This document shows positions 1 to 6,973 of a DNA stretch of 13,806 bases, in pieces. Position 1 is the stretch's first letter. The number at the start of each line of letters is the position of its first letter. The stretch comes from a virus (Duplodnaviria > Heunggongvirae > Uroviricota > Caudoviricetes), in IMG/VR virus record IMGVR_UViG_3300021426_000008; one strand, written 5' to 3'. The notes under the pieces were generated by a model. That model was not told where the DNA came from, did no database searches, and saw only the letters and a program-made list of their open reading frames with translations. The translations under genes and the position numbers were made by a program.

Positions 1-335
1 TTAATAAAACTTCCTGTTTCATTTAATGAACTAAACGCAAAACATATTTCTCCGTCATTATCTGGATTACCATAATAGTCACTATCCACTATGCCCACAC
101 CATTCATCAGAATTAACTCTTTTTTCTTAGGGTTAGACGAACGATTACACAACATTAAAAATTCATCTTCAGCAAGTTTTATTTTTATACCAGTTTTAAC
201 ATATGTAATAGCACCTTTACCTGGTATTAGCATATCTTCTAGTGCATAAAAATCATACCCAGCACTAAACTGTGTACTTCTTTCTGGTAGTTTAATATCT
301 TCTTCTATTCTGTTCACTTTTTCAAATTTCGCCAT
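1..335 (-). CDS. dut: dUTPase (trimeric type), 3' end outside window
   Basis: Not in the ORF track. Manual translation from ATG at 335 (RBS AGGAG at 346-350) gives MAKFEKVNRIEEDIKLPERSTQFSAGYDFYALE...TGIKI...NRSSNP...NGVGIVDSDYYGNPDNDGEI, showing dUTPase motifs 1-3 (AGYD, RSS, GIVDSDY). Confidence 0.95.
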   Translation of the reverse strand, partial: MAKFEKVNRIEEDIKLPERSTQFSAGYDFYALEDMLIPGKGAITYVKTGIKIKLAEDEFLMLCNRSSNPKKKELILMNGVGIVDSDYYGNPDNDGEICFAFSSLNETGSFI

Positions 336-502
336 TATCTTTCTACTCCTTTTTTATTTTCTTGCTTATGATTATAGTCACGTCTAATTAAATCTTCGAT
401 TGCAGAATATTCTGCTTGTAATTTATTGATTTGTGCAAGAATTTCCGCTCTACGGTCTAATAAAATCCTCACACTTTTATCTTTTACTAACTCATTCCCC
501 AT
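335..502 (-). CDS. small helical/coiled-coil hypothetical protein, 55 aa
   Basis: Manual translation: MGNELVKDKSVRILLDRRAEILAQINKLQAEYSAIEDLIRRDYNHKQENKKGVER*. RBS AGAGGA lies upstream. The TAA overlaps the dUTPase ATG (TAATG) and the start overlaps the end of the upstream gene. Confidence 0.75.
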   Translation of the reverse strand: MGNELVKDKSVRILLDRRAEILAQINKLQAEYSAIEDLIRRDYNHKQENKKGVER

Positions 503-1031
503 TTGACTGCTCCTCTTTTAATAATTTTACACCACAATTAAATAAATTATTATATGTTTCATTTTTTTCTTGAGCAATTTCTTCGGTGTATTCAGTTAAA
601 TCTATTATTTTTTCATTTTTTAATTCCTGTACTATCATATGTCTAGTCTCGTGTTTAACTATTTCATATAGCATATTCATATGATACAAATTAACCGATA
701 TATCTATATAATAAGTGCCATTCCATTCGTGAAACGTGCCTAATAAGACAGTTTCTGGGTTTGATTTACGCGTCTTAAAATTATCCTCGTGCAGATACTT
801 CACGAAGCGGTAACTAATAGGTTTATTTATAGTTATACCCAATGAATTTACATAGCTTTCTGATATTTCCTTAATAGAAGTCTCGTCTATACTTTGTACT
901 TTCATATAGATACTCGTAGTCGGGTCAATTATATAAGTTATAACTATGGTAAAAACTAACACAACTAAGAGTACACTTGCTATCCAAAACATAGTTTGTC
1001 CTCCTAAAAACCATTGCCATTTAATTTTCAT
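492..1031 (-). CDS. N-terminally membrane-anchored protein with HEXXH (HETRH) zinc-metallopeptidase-like motif
   Basis: Hydrophobic segment FWIASVLLVVLVFTIVITYII; beta-like YYIDISV followed by IVKHETRHMIV and downstream EEIA. Alternative start ATG at 992. Confidence 0.7.
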   Translation of the reverse strand: MKIKWQWFLGGQTMFWIASVLLVVLVFTIVITYIIDPTTSIYMKVQSIDETSIKEISESYVNSLGITINKPISYRFVKYLHEDNFKTRKSNPETVLLGTFHEWNGTYYIDISVNLYHMNMLYEIVKHETRHMIVQELKNEKIIDLTEYTEEIAQEKNETYNNLFNCGVKLLKEEQSNGE

Positions 1032-1061
1032 CTTAATTCCTCCAATGGTCGATTAGTTAAT

Positions 1062-1090
1062 AAAAATATAAAGGCGGGGTCTCCGCCTTT
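1062..1090 (-). terminator. probable intrinsic terminator after the endolysin
   Basis: Minus strand reads AAAGGCGG-AGACC-CCGCCTTT then ATATTTTT, 3 nt past the endolysin stop. Confidence 0.7.
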
Positions 1091-1093
1091 AGA

Positions 1094-2224
1094 CTAGACC
1101 TTTTGACAGTCTCTTATATTGACAGCCGAAGTAACTGCGTTTCCTTTACCGATAACAACTCTATCACCAGAAACTTCAATTACGTCGAACGTGTCGTTGT
1201 GTGTCCAACTCGCTAATTTCATACCTGAGTATGAGCGAGTGCCTGTAAATCTTACTCTATCTCCTTTTTTAATAGTTTGAGATGAGCCTCCTCCTAGGAT
1301 TTGATTTACTCTATCTTGTACTTCGTCGTATCTATCGCCTAATACAATACGTCTAATTGGATTGTCCCCGTATTTACGTTCATCTATTACTTCGTGCGCC
1401 AAAGTATCAATAGAAGCATTGTGAATATGATTTATAAAGTCTTGTACCTCGTCATAACGGCTTCCTAAAGCCTTTTTTCTTATATCTCCGTCACCATATC
1501 TTCCTTCCATTACTCCTGCTACTAAGTTTAATGTACTACCACTTGGAGCTGGGTCTGGAGTAGGCTCTGGAGTAGGAGCTGGTGGTGTTGGTTGACCTGG
1601 ATTTGGGAAATCGTGATATGCGTAGTTTGTATCCAATCTTCCTGAATAGCCATTAAATTTTCCGTCAGAAGTGAATTGCCACATTGACCAACCTGTTTGT
1701 TCATCTGGAGATATGCTTAAACCTCTTTGTTTTCCACCAGAAGTAGGCCACATTGCTACCCATTTATCAAAACGAGATAGTTTATCACCCGCTAACTGAT
1801 TTCTAAACCAAGATAATGAAGCATATATACCAGAATAATATCCAGCATTTTCAACCTTTTCGCAGAATGCGTAACACATATCTCTTAAAGTTGAATTAGA
1901 AGGCATACCATTTCTCTTTTTATAACCATCAGCGTCTTCCATATCAAACCAGCAACCCATTGTAGGATGGTAAGGAGCGATAGCATTCAAGAAATGGTCA
2001 GCCTCAGTTTGTGCGCCTGATACATTTAGCGCATATGAATACCAATAGAAACCATAAGGAAGTCCTAACTGTTCACACAATTCGGCATTTCTTTTGAATT
2101 TTGAATCTATACTACCAGATACACCGTATCCAACACGTATGATTACAAAATCAATCTGATTTCTCAAAGCTCCAAGGTCTATATTCCCTTGATGAGCAGA
2201 TATATCAATACCTCTTTTAGCCAT
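1094..2224 (-). CDS. endolysin: GH25 muramidase, Pro/Thr linker, two Cpl-7 (CW_7) repeats, SH3-like C-terminal domain
   Basis: GIDISAHQG, FDMEDAD (DxE) and WQFTS...G..GRLDTN are GH25 hallmarks. PTPPAPTPEPTPDP linker. Two V(M/I)xxxYGD..IR...LGxRYDEVQD repeats. C-terminal IKKGDRVRF...VIEVSGDRVVIG. Confidence 0.95.
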   Translation of the reverse strand: MAKRGIDISAHQGNIDLGALRNQIDFVIIRVGYGVSGSIDSKFKRNAELCEQLGLPYGFYWYSYALNVSGAQTEADHFLNAIAPYHPTMGCWFDMEDADGYKKRNGMPSNSTLRDMCYAFCEKVENAGYYSGIYASLSWFRNQLAGDKLSRFDKWVAMWPTSGGKQRGLSISPDEQTGWSMWQFTSDGKFNGYSGRLDTNYAYHDFPNPGQPTPPAPTPEPTPDPAPSGSTLNLVAGVMEGRYGDGDIRKKALGSRYDEVQDFINHIHNASIDTLAHEVIDERKYGDNPIRRIVLGDRYDEVQDRVNQILGGGSSQTIKKGDRVRFTGTRSYSGMKLASWTHNDTFDVIEVSGDRVVIGKGNAVTSAVNIRDCQKV

Positions 2225-2327
2225 TTTCTTGCACCTCCTCCTCTTTAGGGACTATTTCGTTAGCCTCGTAGTCCCTTTTTAACTCAGCGTCACCTTGTTT
2301 TATTTCTTTGTTATTTCTTACTTTCAC
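2217..2327 (-). CDS. 36-aa charged peptide between holin and endolysin
   Basis: GTG at 2327 with GGAGG RBS upstream. Translation MKVRNNKEIKQGDAELKRDYEANEIVPKEEEVQENG* overlaps the holin end and the endolysin start, filling the gap exactly. Confidence 0.55.
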   Translation of the reverse strand: MKVRNNKEIKQGDAELKRDYEANEIVPKEEEVQENG

Positions 2328-2631
2328 TGTGTTTTCCTCCTTCCAACATAGTTTTTATATCTGTTGCTACAGGAGAAGCTATTTCATATATACCAATCGC
2401 ACTTGCTAGTAATATGAATATATTAAATATACCAGAAGTAATACCTGCAAAATCAAATTGTTGTAAATATATAATACGTAATACTCCTACTATAATTGAA
2501 AATCCTAAAGCAAGCCATTTTGTGTCTATTTTTTCAGGTAAATAGCGTTTGAATACTTGTGTAAGTAATGTAATTATTAGAGAGCAACCTGCCATTGTAC
2601 CTAAAATTTCAATACTAACAAAATCATTCAT
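2311..2631 (-). CDS. probable holin (about 3 TM segments)
   Basis: 106 aa with three hydrophobic stretches and a charged C-terminus, directly upstream of the endolysin. RBS AGGAGG. Confidence 0.8.
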   Translation of the reverse strand: MNDFVSIEILGTMAGCSLIITLLTQVFKRYLPEKIDTKWLALGFSIIVGVLRIIYLQQFDFAGITSGIFNIFILLASAIGIYEIASPVATDIKTMLEGGKHSESKK

Positions 2632-2656
2632 ATTTTTTACCTCCTATTTTATCTTT

Positions 2657-3025
2657 CTAAAATTGTTTACGATTTATCATATCGTGCGCACGCTCGTCAG
2701 GACTGATTATAAGAGCTTCTGGAAGGCTCAATGATAAATTTAACCTTCTCAAAGAATAAACGCCTGATTTTGCGTCGTAGGCTTCTACAGTGTATGTATA
2801 TTTTTTATATTGTGGGAATAATTTGAAACCATTTAAGTCTGCGTCAGCATCTTTTGATACATAAACGATTGACCCTATTGAATATTTTGGTTTTTTCTCC
2901 TCTTTTTTAGTTGTTTTTTCCTCTTTTACTTCTTCAACTGGAGTTATTTCTTCTTTAACTTCTTCAACTGGAGTTATTTCTTCTTCTGTAGCGATTTCTT
3001 CTTTTTTAGTTACTTTTTTAGCCAT
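2657..3025 (-). CDS. hypothetical protein, 122 aa, Glu/Lys-rich N-terminus and SH3/KOW-like C-terminus
   Basis: Start moved from 3118 to ATG 3025 (AAAGGAG RBS, overlaps the upstream stop). C-terminal KYSIGSIVYV...YTVEAYD...GVYSL resembles a small beta-barrel (inference). Confidence 0.7.
   Translation of the reverse strand: MAKKVTKKEEIATEEEITPVEEVKEEITPVEEVKEEKTTKKEEKKPKYSIGSIVYVSKDADADLNGFKLFPQYKKYTYTVEAYDAKSGVYSLRRLNLSLSLPEALIISPDERAHDMINRKQF
2922..2985. repeat. 30-bp in-frame tandem duplication (EEITPVEEVK x2)
   Basis: 2922-2951 and 2952-2981 differ at one base. Confidence 0.9.
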
Positions 3026-3203
3026 TTCTTTGTCTCCTTTCTCTATTATATTGTTCGTTTTTGCGTCTATTTCTGCAATAACGACATCTTTTTGGTGGTG
3101 TGAAGCCTTTTTCTTCATACCATTTTTGCTCTGCTACGGAAAATAAGAATTCTGTTCCGCAGTCTTGGCATTTAATTTTTACGTCCTGGTAGTTTTCTGA
3201 CAT
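3018..3203 (-). CDS. small zinc-ribbon protein (zf-trcl-like)
   Basis: CQDCGTEFLFSVAEQKWYEEKGFTPPKRCRYCR matches the CxxC...FxF...EQxFY..KG...PKRCxxCR pattern. Confidence 0.85.
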   Translation of the reverse strand: MSENYQDVKIKCQDCGTEFLFSVAEQKWYEEKGFTPPKRCRYCRNRRKNEQYNRERRQRNG

Positions 3204-3221
3204 ACAATTACCTCTTTTCTA

Positions 3222-3899
3222 TTATTTTTTGCTTGCAAAATTAAAATTAAACTCTGGTTCTTGTGATTTTTTCTTTTTATCGCCTAATAATACGTCTGGG
3301 TGGTCTTTTAATAGTGTTTGTACTCTAGCATTTGTAGCTTCTAAGAATACTTGATTTCTTTTATCTACGTAATCTTCAATTTCTTCGTCTGTACTTACGT
3401 CTTCAGCACGAAGTAGTTGTAATAAACGTGGGTCATAACCTTTATCTGCAACGATTGTAGCAATTTTATCTCTACGTCTAATCAAAGAAAGCTCTTTTTC
3501 ATACTCTGCTATCTTCAATTCTTGGTTGTCTATTTGTTTTTTATATCTTTCTTCCATTGACATTTTAGCCATTTCTTCTGCTTCTTTTTTCTTAGCTTCA
3601 ATTTCTTCTAAGATATTTTGTCTCATTTTTTCTTTTTCTGTGTTAATACTTGCTTGTAGAGCGCTTTCTCTCTTAGAATACTCTTGTTCTTTGTTTGTAA
3701 GGGCTTTATTTATAGCCTTTTCCAATTTTTTGTCAAATTCAGCTTGAAGTTTAGGGTCTTGTAGTAACACGTCTAAGTTTTGTGTGTCACTCTCTTGTGG
3801 TTTAGCCACTTTGTTGTTTGTAATTTGTTGATTTGTTGCTGTGTTATCAGCATTTGCTACCATATCTTGAATAGCGTCTTTGTTTTGATTTTCGTCCAT
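3222..3899 (-). CDS. probable capsid scaffolding protein (DUF4355-like)
   Basis: Low-complexity N-terminus, QAEFDKKLEKAI, EAEEMAKMSMEER and a long coiled coil, directly downstream of the portal. Confidence 0.75.
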   Translation of the reverse strand: MDENQNKDAIQDMVANADNTATNQQITNNKVAKPQESDTQNLDVLLQDPKLQAEFDKKLEKAINKALTNKEQEYSKRESALQASINTEKEKMRQNILEEIEAKKKEAEEMAKMSMEERYKKQIDNQELKIAEYEKELSLIRRRDKIATIVADKGYDPRLLQLLRAEDVSTDEEIEDYVDKRNQVFLEATNARVQTLLKDHPDVLLGDKKKKSQEPEFNFNFASKK

Positions 3900-3968
3900 A
3901 TTTAATCCTCCTATTATTTATATGTGAAATAGATTTATGGGAGCGAGCGATTTAATGATATGAAGGGT

Positions 3969-5717
3969 CTATTTATTTGGTCTTCCTTCTCTTGATTTTA
4001 GAGCTGGAATGTTATCGGTTTTATCTTTAACTGTCTGAGTTTTAGTTTTTGTACGATTTTCAATTTGATTATTTGTTTGATTTGCTGTCGTACTTGTAGT
4101 CGTTTCTTTATTATTGCCTCGAGAAGATAAGTCTTGAGCGTTGTCAACATCATTTGGGCTAACGAAGGCTGTATCTGGTGCAACTGTCTCCCATAATGTC
4201 TCGTTTTCTTCTTCTTTGTTCTTCTTCTCTGTAGCGTAGTCATAACCAAGATTTGATAATAGTGTCTTATTAGAGATTATACCGTTTAGTGCTAACTGTT
4301 GATTTATAGTCTCATCTGTCATACTTGGTAGATTTGTACCTATTGTTATGGTTATATCGTCAATATTATATTTGTTTGATGAGATAAGATTTATTCTCTG
4401 GAAGAAGTTAGCCCATCTATGCTTAATCATTGTAGTCACACCCTGTTTTACGTCGTCTAACATTAGCGCCATAGTATAGAATTTTCTATCTATTGCACTC
4501 GCATTCATATCTCCTGAGTTAAATGCGGCGTCGCTGGTATTAGGTATACCAGAAATCTGGAAGATACTGTCGACGTAGTATTTTAAGTATTTCGTAGCGT
4601 CTTCAGCGTGTATTTCTTTTAATAGCCAACTTACGTCTCCTCCCTCTTGTACGAAGAATGTTTTAGAATTCTCTAAGTGTTGGTCTTCAATTTCACGAGC
4701 TGGGTTAATAATTTTATCTGGATTACTTGAAGAAATAGGCTTCTCAGGGTCAAACGCTGGATTAGGTATTGTTAGTGGATTTTCTGGTCTATATCCTGAT
4801 ATTTTCAACTTAGCGTCTTTATCGTTATAGTTATACATATTATTTAAGTTGTTCATAATTTGTTCGTATGAAGTGATTAAGCTAATTATTGGGTCTATTA
4901 TGCTAACTTGTGGGTCTGGCTCGTATGCTGTGAATGTTGGGACGGTGTGTGATGATTCTTTTTCCTCTTTCAAAGTGATTTTATTTTTATATTCAGAAGT
5001 GGCGTCTTCGTTAGTTGTTTTATCGTAAATAGAAGTGCCGTAAAAACCAGTGTATGGGTTACATTCAATAACATAGTATAGTGTATGCTCTTGGTTGTCT
5101 TCTGAGTTACGTTTGTCGAGAATGTATCTAGTAATTAGACCTATCGGTTTCTGTTGTGATATATCAGAGATGTCTGTTGGGAATATTGCTACTGTGTTTA
5201 AGGCAGATAAGGGATAATATGTATAATTTGGGTCGGTTGTGTCTGGAGCGTCATCTGCTGCGATAGCGTCTGCTTGAGTTTGTTGAAGGTCTAACTGTCT
5301 CTCATAGCAACAGCCGTAAAGGACTGCGTCGTGGAATAATGCCTTCAAAACTTTTGGGTCATCATTTTTTGAAGATAGAGTTGTAATGATAAACTTCAAC
5401 TGTGCTGCTGTATCTGGGTCTAATGGAGAAGTGTTTGATGGGTGAAGAAGACGGTAAGCAGGTTCTTCGGAGCTATCTACAATTTCTGCGTTGTATGTAA
5501 TTTCTCCACTAAGATAGCCAGAGGCTAAGTCGGTGATAAATTTCTCGAAAAATACTTGGACTGTTGTACCTGAAACTATATCTGTGCTTGTTACTCCTCT
5601 TAGATAACGGTCATTGATTTCCGAACGTTTTGAAAGGACACTATCAACTTCTGACAATAAATCTTGTAATTTACCGTCATTGTATTCGTCTTTTATGTTT
5701 TTTGATATTTTAATCAT
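3969..5717 (-). CDS. phage portal protein, SPP1 Gp6-like
   Basis: Motifs FEKFITDLASGYLSG, LYGCCYE, ISLITSYEQIMNN, GGDVSWLLK and IFQISGIPNTSDAAF..G...SAI follow the SPP1 portal order. Start set at ATG 5717 (AAAGGAG RBS) because the track's 5741 start lies about at the predicted transcription start. Confidence 0.85.
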   Translation of the reverse strand: MIKISKNIKDEYNDGKLQDLLSEVDSVLSKRSEINDRYLRGVTSTDIVSGTTVQVFFEKFITDLASGYLSGEITYNAEIVDSSEEPAYRLLHPSNTSPLDPDTAAQLKFIITTLSSKNDDPKVLKALFHDAVLYGCCYERQLDLQQTQADAIAADDAPDTTDPNYTYYPLSALNTVAIFPTDISDISQQKPIGLITRYILDKRNSEDNQEHTLYYVIECNPYTGFYGTSIYDKTTNEDATSEYKNKITLKEEKESSHTVPTFTAYEPDPQVSIIDPIISLITSYEQIMNNLNNMYNYNDKDAKLKISGYRPENPLTIPNPAFDPEKPISSSNPDKIINPAREIEDQHLENSKTFFVQEGGDVSWLLKEIHAEDATKYLKYYVDSIFQISGIPNTSDAAFNSGDMNASAIDRKFYTMALMLDDVKQGVTTMIKHRWANFFQRINLISSNKYNIDDITITIGTNLPSMTDETINQQLALNGIISNKTLLSNLGYDYATEKKNKEEENETLWETVAPDTAFVSPNDVDNAQDLSSRGNNKETTTSTTANQTNNQIENRTKTKTQTVKDKTDNIPALKSREGRPNK

Positions 5718-5749
5718 AAAAAATTTATCTCCTTTCTTCATTTGTTCAC

Positions 5750-5778
5750 ATTATATCTTAACTGAACAAAATTTGCAA
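5750..5778 (-). promoter_or_regulatory. sigma70/SigA promoter for the portal-lysis arm
   Basis: Minus strand: TTGCAA (5778-5773), 17 nt, TATAAT (5755-5750). Confidence 0.8.
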
Positions 5779-5823
5779 GTGGAGTACAACAACTTTCTTG
5801 ACTTTTTTGAGCAACAACCACAC

Positions 5824-5852
5824 TTGACTAAGGTTGAACAATGTGATAAAAT
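5824..5852 (+). promoter_or_regulatory. sigma70/SigA promoter divergent from the portal promoter
   Basis: TTGACT (5824-5829), 17 nt, TAAAAT (5847-5852) with extended -10 TG. Confidence 0.7.
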
Positions 5853-5886
5853 AGACAACGGAGATGTTGTCTAATTTATTTGGATA

Positions 5887-5978
5887 TATGTTTTGTGAGT
5901 CGCCACCCATCCTGGGCTGGTCCGAAGATATACTAAGTAAGCCTATTTCAGGATTTGATCCTAGATTACAAAAACATA
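5887..5978 (+). ncRNA. candidate structured RNA or leader of unknown family
   Basis: Nested stems TATGTTTTGT/ACAAAAACATA, ATCCTG/CAGGAT and GGCT/AGCC lie downstream of the 5824-5852 promoter, with no credible ORF. Confidence 0.35.
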
Positions 5979-6018
5979 ATGATATACTATTGACAAACTA
6001 CCAAAAAAGTAGTATAAT
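5978..6018 (+). promoter_or_regulatory. conserved early-type promoter, copy 1
   Basis: AATGATA-tac-TA-TTGACA (5990-5995), 17 nt, TATAAT (6013-6018). The spacer holds the inverted repeat ACTAC/GTAGT. Confidence 0.9.
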
Positions 6019-6171
6019 AAACTTAACAAGAAAACAAAAAGAAAAATATATTATATATTTATATATAATATATTCATAAACATAATACTTTGACTTGTTG
6101 TTAGTATAATAGTAATTGCTATATAGCAATAATACAATGCTATTATATTATAGTAGAAAGGTAGGTATAAT

Positions 6172-6480
6172 ATGGAGAAGTATATCCTATATGTAGGTCT
6201 AAATGATAAAGACACAAAAACACAAAAAATTGATACTTTATCAGCTTATAACTTAACAAATAATATTTTACTTAATTATGTTGAAGGTGCAACAGTAACA
6301 CAATCAAAAGGAATTTATAAACACAATAACGGCAATGTAGTAATAGAAAACACTTTGATTATTGAGTTACTATTCACAGATAACGACACAGTAAACAAAA
6401 TTGCTAATGACTTAAAGAAAGCACTAAATCAAGAAAGCATTGCAATACAAAAATTCAATATAGAAAGCTATTTATATTAG
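6172..6480 (+). CDS. DUF3574-like / PII-like protein, candidate SAM lyase
   Basis: LYVGL...GATVTQSKGIYK...VVIENTL...LKKALNQESI pattern. RBS AGAAAGGTAGG. Confidence 0.65.
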   Translation: MEKYILYVGLNDKDTKTQKIDTLSAYNLTNNILLNYVEGATVTQSKGIYKHNNGNVVIENTLIIELLFTDNDTVNKIANDLKKALNQESIAIQKFNIESYLY

Positions 6481-6497
6481 AAAGGAGGTGTGTGGGT

Positions 6498-6923
6498 ATG
6501 AATAAAGAGTACACATTCAAAGACGCTTTTATGATATTGAAAGCTATTGAAAAAACTTGCAAGGACATTTATGACAGCAAAAGCGAAATAATTGTAAGAC
6601 AATTAGAAAACACAACAGAAAAACAATACAGAAGTGATTATGGACTTTTCAATCTAAAAAACAACGCAGAAAAAACAGCAAAAGAATACACAGAAGAAGA
6701 AAAAGCAAAAGTTGAAGAATTGCAAGCACAAATTGATATATTACAAGCACAAATTGATAAATTAGGTACAGAAAAAGTAATAAAAGAAAGCTATAACTCT
6801 TTAGTATATCGCAAAAATGGAAATGCAGAAAAAGAAGCTAACGAATTATTGAAAGGCTTAATTGACACAATAGGAAATGCAACAATGAAAAAAGCAGCAA
6901 GTAAAAATGCTAAAATAAAATAG
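6498..6923 (+). CDS. hypothetical coiled-coil protein
   Basis: ATG 6498 has better spacing from AAGGAGG than GTG 6492. Heptads VEELQAQIDILQAQIDKL. Confidence 0.75.
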   Translation: MNKEYTFKDAFMILKAIEKTCKDIYDSKSEIIVRQLENTTEKQYRSDYGLFNLKNNAEKTAKEYTEEEKAKVEELQAQIDILQAQIDKLGTEKVIKESYNSLVYRKNGNAEKEANELLKGLIDTIGNATMKKAASKNAKIK

Positions 6924-6973
6924 TAAGGGAGTAGCCCCTCCCCTAACAGGGGGCAGAAAGGAGTGGATACAAT

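Noticed and set aside
3026..3118. N-terminal extension of the 153-aa ORF given in the track
   Set aside because: Overlaps the Zn-ribbon gene in another frame and lacks an RBS; ATG 3025 has AAAGGAG.
2549..5874. Shadow ORFs 2549-2734, 3526-3747 and 5614-5874 (+), and 3998-4249 (-)
   Set aside because: Antisense or alternate-frame to well-supported genes, with no RBS or motifs.
5905..5955. SRP RNA, hammerhead or tRNA identity for the structured region
   Set aside because: Lacks the SRP GGAA loop/AGCAG motif, the hammerhead CUGAUGA/GAAA core and a cloverleaf with T-loop.
5977..5984. Fur box at the AATGATA element
   Set aside because: Only a half-site-like match, with no inverted partner in any of the three copies.
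5864..6079. 71-aa plus-strand ORF
   Set aside because: No properly spaced RBS, runs through a consensus promoter, low-complexity end; better explained as regulatory or RNA sequence.
6090..6110. TTGACT...TATAAT as an additional promoter
   Set aside because: Spacer is only 9 nt.
5720..6170. Classical cI/cro lysogeny switch
   Set aside because: Neither flanking gene is an HTH repressor and no integrase is present in the window; lifestyle cannot be assigned.
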